Under the pieces are notes generated by a model, which saw only the letters and a list, made by a program, of their open reading frames with translations, made no database searches and had not been told where the DNA came from. From Candidatus Poribacteria bacterium (GTDB lineage: Bacteria > Poribacteria > WGA-4E > WGA-3G): a stretch of DNA of 64,000 bases. Where the stretch lies: the NCBI GenBank assembly GCA_963665235.2, contig CAXXLX010000001.1, forward strand, positions 3,168,001-3,232,000, read 5' to 3'. Shown here piece after piece: positions 10,312 through 19,110 of the stretch; within the stretch, counting starts at the first letter, position 1; every line of letters begins with the position of its first letter. The position numbers and the translations under genes were made by a program.

Positions 10312-11154
10312 GTGAACACCTTGATCGATCGGAAATTGTTTCGGAAGAAATTCTTCCTCCATCTTATTAGCGATTCTTCTGTCATCTTCCCATTCGCTGC
10401 GGGTGCCCTCGGTATTTTTATATCTTGGGTGTTTAATCTGGAACCGAGAATTCTGTATCTATTCGGGAGCATGGTCGTTGGGCTCGGGTTGCCAATCGGT
10501 GCGCTGATAACGAAGTGGGCATCCGGTACAGATGATGTCGCCAAACGGGTTCACGATGAAATGTTGCAAGCAGTAAATCAGCAGCAGGAAGCGGAGCTGA
10601 ACACGCTCCGTGAGCAGTTAGAGGCGGATGGCGACGCTCGAACGGAACAGATGCTGGAGGAGCTTCGCGACTTGCATCAATCGTTTCAGGAGGAGGCGAA
10701 AGAAAGCGGATGGTTGGGAAACCTGCCGATTAGCGTCAATGCTGAAATTACGGACAAGGTGTCAGAACTTTTTGCTCAAGCTGTTCAGTGTTTGAAAGAC
10801 ACGTTGAAGATGCAGGAGAAATCGAGAAACACGCAATCGCAAACTATCAGAAAAGTGCTTAGGCAGCATAGGGAGAAACTGCTCTCGGATGTGCAACAAA
10901 CGATTGTCCAGCTGGCACATCTCTATACCCGTGTGCTTACGCTCGAGCCGGATAGCAATGAGACGGAGCTCTCGCGACTTCGGACGGAACTTGACGAAAG
11001 TTTGGATTTTGCCAAGAAGGTTGACGCGCAGATACGTGAATTCACGCCTGATACTACTGACACGCTGAGTCAATCGGATGACTCAGTGGCGGATTCTCAC
11101 ACGATAGTCGCGGGCCGGGAAGCTGCCCCTACAGAGGAGGGCAAGCTGCAATAA
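10312..11154 (+). CDS. hypothetical protein with two N-terminal TM helices and a coiled-coil cytoplasmic domain
   Basis: hydrophobic segments at about aa 24-42 and 46-68, then heptad-rich helices; first gene of the PspA cluster. Confidence 0.7.
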   Translation: MNTLIDRKLFRKKFFLHLISDSSVIFPFAAGALGIFISWVFNLEPRILYLFGSMVVGLGLPIGALITKWASGTDDVAKRVHDEMLQAVNQQQEAELNTLREQLEADGDARTEQMLEELRDLHQSFQEEAKESGWLGNLPISVNAEITDKVSELFAQAVQCLKDTLKMQEKSRNTQSQTIRKVLRQHREKLLSDVQQTIVQLAHLYTRVLTLEPDSNETELSRLRTELDESLDFAKKVDAQIREFTPDTTDTLSQSDDSVADSHTIVAGREAAPTEEGKLQ

Positions 11155-11208
11155 TAGTGGATGTGTATAGCACACACTTAATCTTACATTGAGTTAGGAG
11201 AAACTGCG

Positions 11209-11751
11209 ATGGCAAAGAGCATTACCCGTTTTTTCAAAGTTGCTTGGTATACGATTACCGCTTGTAGGAACAAGCAGGTCGAGAGACTGATGGAAAATCC
11301 TGAAGCGGTGCGCGGATTGTATGAAGACGTTATCCGCTACAAACTGAGTCGTATCCAACGTTATAAGCTGGGGATTGGGCGCCTCATCCCGTTTGTTGAA
11401 CAGAAGAAAAATTTGCTTAATGAGCTCACAAACGAGATTGCGCTGTTAGAAAAGCAGAAGGCGGATGCAATCGCTAAATCGGAAAGCACGGCTGCTGAGC
11501 TCCAAAAAGCGGGCATGTCAGAAGAGGAGATTGAACAGCATCCGGATTCCATCGACCTTGCCTTGGCGGAAAAAAAGGTTCGCGTTGCTAAAGTTGAGCA
11601 CGAGCTTGAACGTTTGCAAAACGATATTGAAGACCATAAACTTCAGCTAGCCAGTCTTCATCGGGATTTGGAAAGGTTTAAGAAGGAGCAGGCTGAGGCG
11701 GTTGCTGAGCTGATTCAGGAAGAGAACGACAGGAAGTCGCGAAGACGTTAG
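11209..11751 (+). CDS. short PspA/IM30-like paralog (C-terminally truncated)
   Basis: MAKSITRFFKVAW amphipathic N-helix; MENPEAVRG..EDVIR shared with 11992-12840; AGGAG RBS. Confidence 0.75.
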   Translation: MAKSITRFFKVAWYTITACRNKQVERLMENPEAVRGLYEDVIRYKLSRIQRYKLGIGRLIPFVEQKKNLLNELTNEIALLEKQKADAIAKSESTAAELQKAGMSEEEIEQHPDSIDLALAEKKVRVAKVEHELERLQNDIEDHKLQLASLHRDLERFKKEQAEAVAELIQEENDRKSRRR

Positions 11752-11819
11752 CAGGTGATTTGTAAAGAAAGTTGATGTGCGGCTAGCTACATGAATTCGC
11801 CACAATTTGTTTCAAGTAT

Positions 11820-11912
11820 CAGGACGGACGCAAATAGCACAGATTTTTCGGGTTTTCAGAGAGGTTTACCCCCCCCTAACCCCCCGCGGGCGGGGGGAAT
11901 GCGTAAGTCCTG
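11820..11912. mobile_element. MITE-like element, family B
   Basis: CAGGACGGACGCA...TGCGTAAGTCCTG ends; AAGTAT at 11814-11819 and 11913-11918. Confidence 0.75.
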
Positions 11913-11991
11913 AAGTATGTAATTTTTGTTAGGCTCCAGAGATGGATGCTTCTAAGTCACTTAATTTCACATTTAGTCAGGAGGAATTGAC

Positions 11992-12840
11992 ATGGCAAAC
12001 GGCATTACCCGTTTTTTCAAAGCTATCTGGTATACACTTACTGGTCGTGCACACGAGCAGGCTGATAGGATGATGGAGAATCCTGAGGCGGTGCGCGGGG
12101 CTTATGAAGATATTATCCGCGATAAGCAGGGAAATATCCAACGTTATAAGAACGCGATTGGGCAACTTATCGCGCTTGTTGAACAGAAGAAAGGCTCCCT
12201 TAATCGTCTCACCAATGACATTGATTTGTTAGAGAAGAAGAAAGCAGGGGCAATCGCTAAGGCGAAACGGGTCGCTGCTGATCTGCAAAAGTCCGGGGCA
12301 GCAGACCTAGAAATTAAGCAAGATCCGGAATACACCCGCTGTGTAGCTGCCTATAACGACTTTCACTCTACTTTGGAGGAGAAACATTCTCACGTTGCTG
12401 ATTTAGAGGAGGAGATTGAACGTGCACAAAACGACATTGAATCTCACAAAGTTCAGATAACTGGGCTCCATCGTGATTTGGGGAAGATTAAGACAGAACA
12501 GTCTGAAGCGGTGGCTGACCTGATTACTGCCCGTGAGCAGGAGGAAATCTCTGATATGTTATCCGGTATCAGCATGGATGGCACTTCAGCGGAGTTGTCT
12601 CGTATGCGCGAAATTCGGGAAAAAGCGAAGGGTCGCTCAAGGGTTGCCCAGGAACTTGCTGGCACAGATTCACGCGCTGAAGAGGAAGAGTTTCTCGCTG
12701 AAGCACGCAGCTCAGCGGCCTCTGAAGAATTTGACTCGCTTATTTTCGGAGCACAACAGACCGATACGACTGAGATAATCGAAGACGTGCAGCCAACACC
12801 TGAAACCGAATCCGAGACCGAATCGGAATTGCCGCTGTAA
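11992..12840 (+). CDS. PspA/IM30 (ESCRT-III-fold) family protein
   Basis: amphipathic MANGITRFFKAIW, D..ENPE motif, long coiled coil, ELSRMREIREK, EEFDSL near the end, acidic tail; AGGAGG RBS. Confidence 0.78.
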   Translation: MANGITRFFKAIWYTLTGRAHEQADRMMENPEAVRGAYEDIIRDKQGNIQRYKNAIGQLIALVEQKKGSLNRLTNDIDLLEKKKAGAIAKAKRVAADLQKSGAADLEIKQDPEYTRCVAAYNDFHSTLEEKHSHVADLEEEIERAQNDIESHKVQITGLHRDLGKIKTEQSEAVADLITAREQEEISDMLSGISMDGTSAELSRMREIREKAKGRSRVAQELAGTDSRAEEEEFLAEARSSAASEEFDSLIFGAQQTDTTEIIEDVQPTPETESETESELPL

Positions 12841-12874
12841 GTTGATTTGTCGGGTTTCTCTGTGTTCACAATCC

Positions 12875-12924
12875 GAAACTCTTTTGAAACTTAGACAGAC
12901 ACGCCCAAGTTTCAAAAGAGTTTC
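12875..12924. terminator. perfect 18-bp inverted repeat after the pspA-like gene
   Basis: GAAACTCTTTTGAAACTT-N14-AAGTTTCAAAAGAGTTTC. Confidence 0.6.
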
Positions 12925-12958
12925 CTATAAACTGGATAAAGGGAGGGAGGAAAGCACT

Positions 12959-14755
12959 GTGAATGTTTACACAGAGCATCAAGATAAAACACCGGACAAC
13001 TGGGAAGTTGTCTTGGAACGTTTGAGGGAGCTTGAAACCCGTGTGCAGCGAATTAATGAATCCAAAAAGCGCGCCCCGGTTCCACCCGAAACCCTTGCAG
13101 CGTTCCAAGAACTTCATAATACGTTGGTTGACGAGACTTGCAAGGCGTGGCAAACATCACAGCAAGATGAAGCATTGGATACCTTAAACAGTGTTCTAGA
13201 TAATGCCTTTGTTGAGGCGATGTGGCTATCCCTTGAGCAGTACCCTGCAATTGTTCATCACCCGGAAATTGAAAATTTAGATACAGCAGGCTCTAAAATT
13301 TTCACATGTTTTATACCGGATGCTCCAACAGATATTACCGCACGCGAGAATCTAAAATCAAAACTTCAACAAATATTCAATATAGATGCTAAAAGATTAG
13401 AGAAATTGAACCGAGGGCTCGCTAAGCGGACCGCTCCGCTCCAGCATCGACATCAAATTATGCGGTGTTTAGAGACCCGTTTCAATTTGGTATCTAACAA
13501 CCCCGATTTGGATGCGGATGTCCTTCGGCTCTTTCAGTACATATATCCCGGGTCACCTTTTGAAGTCGGTGAGGTGAAGTTGGTGAAAACTGCCTCTGCC
13601 CTCCTTTTCTGCGTCCCTTCAGCGGTAAAGGCGGCACCTGCTGATATGCACAACGACTCCAAAAATGCTACACCGAAGGACACGAAACAAACCAAAACCC
13701 AACTTAAGAAGGACAGATACGAACGATTTCTCCAGGAAATTTGGAAGGTAGAACCGTTTGCACACTTTCCTGTATTCGGGACCTTCAACGCGGAACGTCT
13801 TGAACTCACATTCCGTGAACAGATTGCTAAAGGGACGGAGCTGTCTGTAGAATTGATTACGGCAACCCTAACGCGGATGATAGGACTGCTGCCATTAGAA
13901 GAACTTGACAAATATCTCATCCATGATACATGGGGGCACCAGTGGCAGGAAACTTTACTCGATTTTGAGGAGCCTTATACAGAATTATCCGGTTTTAAAC
14001 GGCCGTTATCCCTTACCGAAACCGCTTCTGTTTTCGGGGAAGAGACCTCGTTCGTTGAAGCTTTTGTCAAAACATCGACAGGAGACGTTCAACTTGATGC
14101 AGAAAAGCTGCAGCGGTTCATTGATGCGGAGCTTTATGAACGTTTCATCATTGCATTTACGCCTATTCTCGCTGAAATGTTGGCGGATGTTGTGGAATAT
14201 AAGTTTTTAGAACTATATCCTGAGCAGGCACATCTCCTGCCGAGTTCCTCGCTGCTTAAGGATTTTCCGAGCAAATTAGATTTGACGCTCACTGACCTCC
14301 GCGGATGCTTCGTAGAGGCATCCGAAGCGTTCCAGACTTGGGTGAGCTCCGAGGCGGCTAAACACCGATTAAGTATGGAAATTTGTGAAAAACTTGATAT
14401 TCCGAGCAGTGATGCGCTGGAACAGGTGCTTGAAGAGGCGGTGCAACTCTGTAAGAGGCAGCTCGATGGGTTTTATCAACCGGAGTGGTTTTGGGAGAAA
14501 ACAGCGGACAATTGCTTGAAACTGAACGCGTTTAGCTTCACCGCCCTTAACTTTCTCCGAATTCATATTGCCTTACTCCAAACTTACGAGGCTTTATCTC
14601 AAATCGGGACGCGGCACGGTTTCAAGGACGCACTTGTGTTGGCGATGGGCACCTTTTTTGAACTAGAACCGCAACGGCATATATGGCACCTTGACCAATT
14701 TTTAACCGAGGGGTTTCTGCCGCGATGGAAAAAATTGGCTGAAGCCGGCGTATGA
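12959..14755 (+). CDS. hypothetical protein, possible M49-like zinc metallopeptidase
   Basis: HDTWGH and downstream AEMLAD resemble DPP-III HExxGH / EExRAE; GTG start after GGAGG. Confidence 0.55.
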   Translation: MNVYTEHQDKTPDNWEVVLERLRELETRVQRINESKKRAPVPPETLAAFQELHNTLVDETCKAWQTSQQDEALDTLNSVLDNAFVEAMWLSLEQYPAIVHHPEIENLDTAGSKIFTCFIPDAPTDITARENLKSKLQQIFNIDAKRLEKLNRGLAKRTAPLQHRHQIMRCLETRFNLVSNNPDLDADVLRLFQYIYPGSPFEVGEVKLVKTASALLFCVPSAVKAAPADMHNDSKNATPKDTKQTKTQLKKDRYERFLQEIWKVEPFAHFPVFGTFNAERLELTFREQIAKGTELSVELITATLTRMIGLLPLEELDKYLIHDTWGHQWQETLLDFEEPYTELSGFKRPLSLTETASVFGEETSFVEAFVKTSTGDVQLDAEKLQRFIDAELYERFIIAFTPILAEMLADVVEYKFLELYPEQAHLLPSSSLLKDFPSKLDLTLTDLRGCFVEASEAFQTWVSSEAAKHRLSMEICEKLDIPSSDALEQVLEEAVQLCKRQLDGFYQPEWFWEKTADNCLKLNAFSFTALNFLRIHIALLQTYEALSQIGTRHGFKDALVLAMGTFFELEPQRHIWHLDQFLTEGFLPRWKKLAEAGV

Positions 14756-14756
14756 A

Positions 14757-14860
14757 GTTGGCTATTGGCTATTGGCAAGAGGTCTCTGACATCGGTCAAA
14801 AACCTGCTTAGAATCACAATGTCTTGCTATTTGCTAATCGCTAATCGCCATTTGCTAATT
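14757..14860. repeat. heptamer-armed palindromic repeat
   Basis: GCTATTG repeats, core TAGAATCACAA, GCTAATC repeats; related copies near 22256-22315 and 25645-25767. Confidence 0.6.
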
Positions 14861-16738
14861 TGTGGCAATATCTCTCTTTGGAGGAGGAAAGAACAATCGC
14901 TGTTAAAGATCCGACCTACAAATTCCGTACTGAAGCGGGAATGCTTATTAATTCCGGTACTTCGCGCAGCATCGTCCTTCATGGAAATATCCATGACCTC
15001 TTTTTTATTCAGGAGGAAGCCGCGGAGGATTATATACCGCTCGTTCCATTCCTTACACGGAGTTGGAACATTCCCGGCTTTATCCTAATAGTCTATGAGC
15101 TCAACGGGCCGCTCCGCTTTCTGGACAGTAGTAGCAGGGAGAAGCTGAGGCAGGCTTTCAACACCTGGCGAAGGGTTGCTGAATCAACTCCAAGTAAAAC
15201 GACTAGTCTTTTCTCGCTGTCCGACAAGTTGGAAAGTTCACATCCAAAATCGGATACCTCTGATGACCTATTTGAGCAATATCTCAACGATGCTATTGGG
15301 AGCCCGACGCTGGCACTTGAGCTTCTCCGTCAATTCTGTCTGATTTCCCGGATGACAAACACCCGTGGGGAAAAATTGCTACAGGAAAAATTGCTCATCA
15401 TTATTGAGGCGACCGATATGCTTCTCCCCGAAGGTGAAATCCGCAGCTTGAGTTTGCCAGATAGACACCGAATCAGCATCGTCCAAGATTGGATTTCGGA
15501 TTCCGATTTCATGAAGGGGACAGATACGGTTGTCTTTGTTAGCGAGTCCAAAAGTCTTGTGAACTCGCGCGTCATGCGACTTCCACAGGTGGTTAGCGTT
15601 GAAGTTCCTGCACCACCCCTAGAGGCACGGAAACATTTTATTTCATGGTTTAACAGAACCCAAAAACCTGCGAAAAAAGAACTAAACCTCTGGGGTAGCC
15701 AAACACAACTTGCGATGCTAACGGCAGGATTATCGCTTCAGGCGTTGCGGCAGCTGCTCGTTTCGGCATGCTATTCCGGTGAAAAGCTGCGTCCGGAGAC
15801 CGTCATTGAAAAAGTCTCTGAGTTTATACAAGCGCAGCTGGGTGAAGATGTCGTTGAATTCAAGAAACCGGCGCACAGCCTTAAAGATATTGTCGGCAAT
15901 TGCAACCTGATTGAATTCCTGAAGACGCAACTCATTCCGCGTATCACCTCTACTGGGCAGGATGCTATCCCCGGCTTGAGCGTTTGTGGTCCCATCGGCA
16001 GTGGAAAAACCTTTATCTTTGAAGGCCTTGCAGGGGAGCTTGATATCCCTGTACTTGTGCTTAAGAACATTCGCAGTATGTGGTTCGGGCAGACAGATGT
16101 CATCTTTGAACGTCTCAGACGATTGTTAATGGCACTCGTCAAGGTGTTAATTTTTGTCGATGAGGCGGATACACAGTTCGGTGGTGTCGGTCAGGATGCA
16201 CATAGCACAGAGCGTAGGCTCACCGGAAAGATACAGGCGATGATGTCTGACCCGCAGCTACGTGGTAATATCACCTGGCTGCTGATGACAGCGCGTATCT
16301 ATAATCTCTCGCCGGACCTTCGCAGAGAGGGACGAGTTGGCGACATCGTGATACCTGTCCTTGGATCCGATGGGTGAAGACCGTGAGACATTTCTCCGAT
16401 GGACGCTCAGCAACGTTTTCGGTGGCGATATTCCGGATGAGACGTTTGAATGTCTGCTTGCCCAAACCGAAGGTTATTCCGCAGCAAGTTTCGCGTCGCT
16501 TCGTGCTGACCTTGAGGCTGCCAGAAACCGCAAAGGTGACTTGTCTGTAGATGAAATTGTTGAGGTTATCTCCGATAGAATTTTGCCGAATATCGGTCCA
16601 ATTCGGCGTTATCAAACCTTGCAAGCGTTCCTGAATTGCACCCGGAAATCGCTTCTTCCGAGCGACTATACCCCCGAAATTCGCAAATCGTGGCTGGAGC
16701 AGATTGCCCAACTTGAAGCGATGGGGGTTAGGGGGTAA
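14860..16738 (+). CDS. tandem AAA+ ATPase (SpoVK/Ycf46/Vps4-Cdc48 type), split by a one-base frameshift at 16363-16364
   Basis: degenerate N-terminal AAA domain (IIIEATD); Walker A GPIGSGKT, pore loop WFGQT, Walker B IFVDEAD, SRH DLRREGR; removing one G joins ORF 14860-16377 to ORF 16361-16738. Confidence 0.8.
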
Positions 16739-16755
16739 TACCATTTTTATTAATT

Positions 16756-16848
16756 CTGGACTTACGCAAATAGAACGGGTTTTTTCGGTCCTTGCAGAGG
16801 TTACCCCCCCTAACCCCCCCGCAAGCAGGGGGGAATGCGTAAGTCCTA
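16756..16848. mobile_element. MITE-like element, family B
   Basis: CTGGACTTACGCA...TGCGTAAGTCCTA ends; TAATT on both sides; same C-rich/G-rich hairpin cargo as the 11820 copy. Confidence 0.7.
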
Positions 16849-17091
16849 TAATTATTCTATCATTACCGGTTGTTAGAAAGGAAACGGAGAACGACACAAA
16901 CTGGAAGTTTATGCTACAAGAAAGAGACATTTTCAATTAGAAGCAGAGGTTACCCCCCCTAACCCCCCCGCAAGCAGGGGGGAATGCGTAAGTCCTATAA
17001 TTATTCTATCATTACCGGTTGTTAGAAAGGAAACGGAGAACGACACAAACTGGAAGTTTATGCTACAAGAAAGAGACATTTTCAATTAGAA
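16794..17091. repeat. 149-bp tandem duplication
   Basis: 16794-16942 and 16943-17091 appear identical. Confidence 0.85.
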
Positions 17092-17250
17092 ATGGTATAA
17101 GTTAGGAATATTTGCTTTCGGGTTTTGAGACCCCCCATATCCCCCGCCTGCGGGGGGATAAGAAAGTTTTGCTCGGGAGAGCAAGACTTCAGCGTCGATT
17201 TGCACTTACAAAGCGCGCCACAAACGGTGGGGGTAGATAGATTTCGATGG

Positions 17251-18246
17251 TTAATAATAGCTTATGTCGAGCTTAAAGAAATCTTTTGGGAAGTCTACAT
17301 TAAGCTCTGCTGTGATAATTTCAGTCGTGACACGTCTTCTCTCCGAACCGTCCCGAAAATAGACGGTGTCTACCAAAATTTGAGGGAACCAGATATCTCC
17401 GAACTTCTTAAACTTTTTAAAATCTATCCGTACAACAAGCCTTTTGGGTTCTGGTACTGGATAATATTCAATTCTCCGGACAGAGAAATCTTTGGCAGGC
17501 TCCACCCATATACGGACTTTCCGCGGAACTTTCCATTCCCTGCGTGCGATAAATGTAAGGACGTAACATTCCACGTCGTCAATTGTCTCTTTTCCAATAA
17601 GTTCAGCATCCGATGGTACATGGGCAGATGACCTGCCCCACGACGTAAAATGGCGGTAGCCGTAGTGCTGGTTATCGGGATGAAAAAACGTTGAGTGTTG
17701 AAGGGGGGTTATGATGTCTCCTATGAGCTCTTTGACCTGGGTTTTCATATCATAAACGAGGAGCCAAAGTTCATCTGATGCCCTAAAGCGATTAGATATA
17801 TTATCGAGGGGTCGCCCTGGCGATTCCACCATTGTTAGCTTATATGGATACGTTTTTGGGCGAGTTGCTGCATCCGGTTCCAGCATTTGGAAGAGTGTGG
17901 TTGTCCGCTCGCGCTTTGTGTGTGCCCGAAAGCGGCGTTTTGCCTCGAAGTTAAGGTACGGGACGAGATACTCTTTTTCATACTGTTCTACATTCGAAAA
18001 GGATGAATTGGGGGTGAAGTTTTTCAATTTCAGTTCCTTTTCCGCCTGTATCCACTCAGCAATTTCTTCTTCAGTTTCTCGGGCGGAAGCTTCGACTATC
18101 GTTTTGGTATAGATTTCTCCGCTCCGAATCGTCAGCAGCGCTTTATTGACCCCACGGATGAGCGTCTCTATAGGAATTTCCGCTGCGTGACACAGGGGTG
18201 TGAGCCAAAATAGCGTTAAGACAATGGATAAAAAAGTTCGGGACAT
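17251..18246 (-). CDS. exported hypothetical protein, LolA-like C-terminal region
   Basis: signal peptide (LCHA-A); GKETIDDVECYVL, RIWVEP, FGDIWFP, LNVDFPKDFF pattern. Confidence 0.6.
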   Translation of the reverse strand: MSRTFLSIVLTLFWLTPLCHAAEIPIETLIRGVNKALLTIRSGEIYTKTIVEASARETEEEIAEWIQAEKELKLKNFTPNSSFSNVEQYEKEYLVPYLNFEAKRRFRAHTKRERTTTLFQMLEPDAATRPKTYPYKLTMVESPGRPLDNISNRFRASDELWLLVYDMKTQVKELIGDIITPLQHSTFFHPDNQHYGYRHFTSWGRSSAHVPSDAELIGKETIDDVECYVLTFIARREWKVPRKVRIWVEPAKDFSVRRIEYYPVPEPKRLVVRIDFKKFKKFGDIWFPQILVDTVYFRDGSERRRVTTEIITAELNVDFPKDFFKLDISYY

Positions 18247-18291
18247 TTTTGAACCTCCTTGTAAAAGGGATGTGTTGTGGACATTTTTGCA

Positions 18292-19083
18292 CTATTCCTT
18301 TTCGTTCACGGATTTCGCACATCGGAATCCGAGGTTATAGTATCTATATGTGGGGAGGTGTACTTCGCGGTGGGTGCATCGGAGTTGTAACCGAATTGCA
18401 TTCCATCCGCCGCCGCGAACGATTTTCTTCTCTTTGTCGTTGTCAGCACACCATTCTGCAACGCTGCCAGCCATATCGAGTACGCCGTAGGGACTCGCGC
18501 CTTGAGGAAAACTGCCGACAGTCATCAATTTTTCGTGATGTGGGAAGTAATGAAGTTTGTTAAAATCAAATGTGTTTCCCCACGGATAGATGCGTGCGTC
18601 TGTCCCTCTGGCAGCCTTTTCCCATTCTGCTTCCGTAGGCAAACGTTTTCCTGCCCATTTCGCGTAGGCGGCGGCTTCATACCAACTCACCCCGATAACA
18701 GGATGGTCAGGTTCCGTGGAGGTGCTGTTTCCCTTAATGCCAAGCGGTTTGTCAATTCTATACACTACTTTCTCATTGCTGTACAGGTAATGAACGCGTT
18801 TTTTCTGAATGAAATCCCACCCCGCTTTTGTCCAATATTCACGGGTGTTATATCCATCTGCCCAGATGAATTCCTTGAATTGCGCGTTTGTAACTTCGTG
18901 TTTATCAATATAGAAGGCATCTACATTGACTGTACGTGCTGGGGTTTGAACGGCAGGGGCGTGAGGGACATCTGTACCCATTGTGAACTCACCTGCTGGT
19001 ACTAGCATCATCCCCTCGGGAGGTTCGCTTGCTGCAAGCCCTGGTGCCAGCATTATCAATAGGAAAGGGATAAGTCGTTTCAT
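18292..19083 (-). CDS. formylglycine-generating-enzyme (FGE-sulfatase/SUMF1) domain protein
   Basis: VPAGEFTMG, HEVTNAQF, PVIGVSWYEA, KRLPTEAEWEKAARG, DMAGSVAEW, RGGGW, LGFRC; signal peptide. Confidence 0.92.
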   Translation of the reverse strand: MKRLIPFLLIMLAPGLAASEPPEGMMLVPAGEFTMGTDVPHAPAVQTPARTVNVDAFYIDKHEVTNAQFKEFIWADGYNTREYWTKAGWDFIQKKRVHYLYSNEKVVYRIDKPLGIKGNSTSTEPDHPVIGVSWYEAAAYAKWAGKRLPTEAEWEKAARGTDARIYPWGNTFDFNKLHYFPHHEKLMTVGSFPQGASPYGVLDMAGSVAEWCADNDKEKKIVRGGGWNAIRLQLRCTHREVHLPTYRYYNLGFRCAKSVNEKE

Positions 19084-19110
19084 CGTCAATCTCCTTTTGT
19101 GATATAGGCT

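Noticed and set aside
16355-16377. programmed ribosomal frameshift in the AAA ATPase
   Set aside because: No slippery heptamer or stimulatory structure; a simple one-base insertion explains it.
16271-16940. ORFs 16271-16936(-) and 16704-16940(+)
   Set aside because: Antisense to the ATPase or read-through of repeat DNA.
18292-18430. DGR variable region at the C-terminus of the FGE-domain protein
   Set aside because: No template repeat or reverse transcriptase seen in the window.
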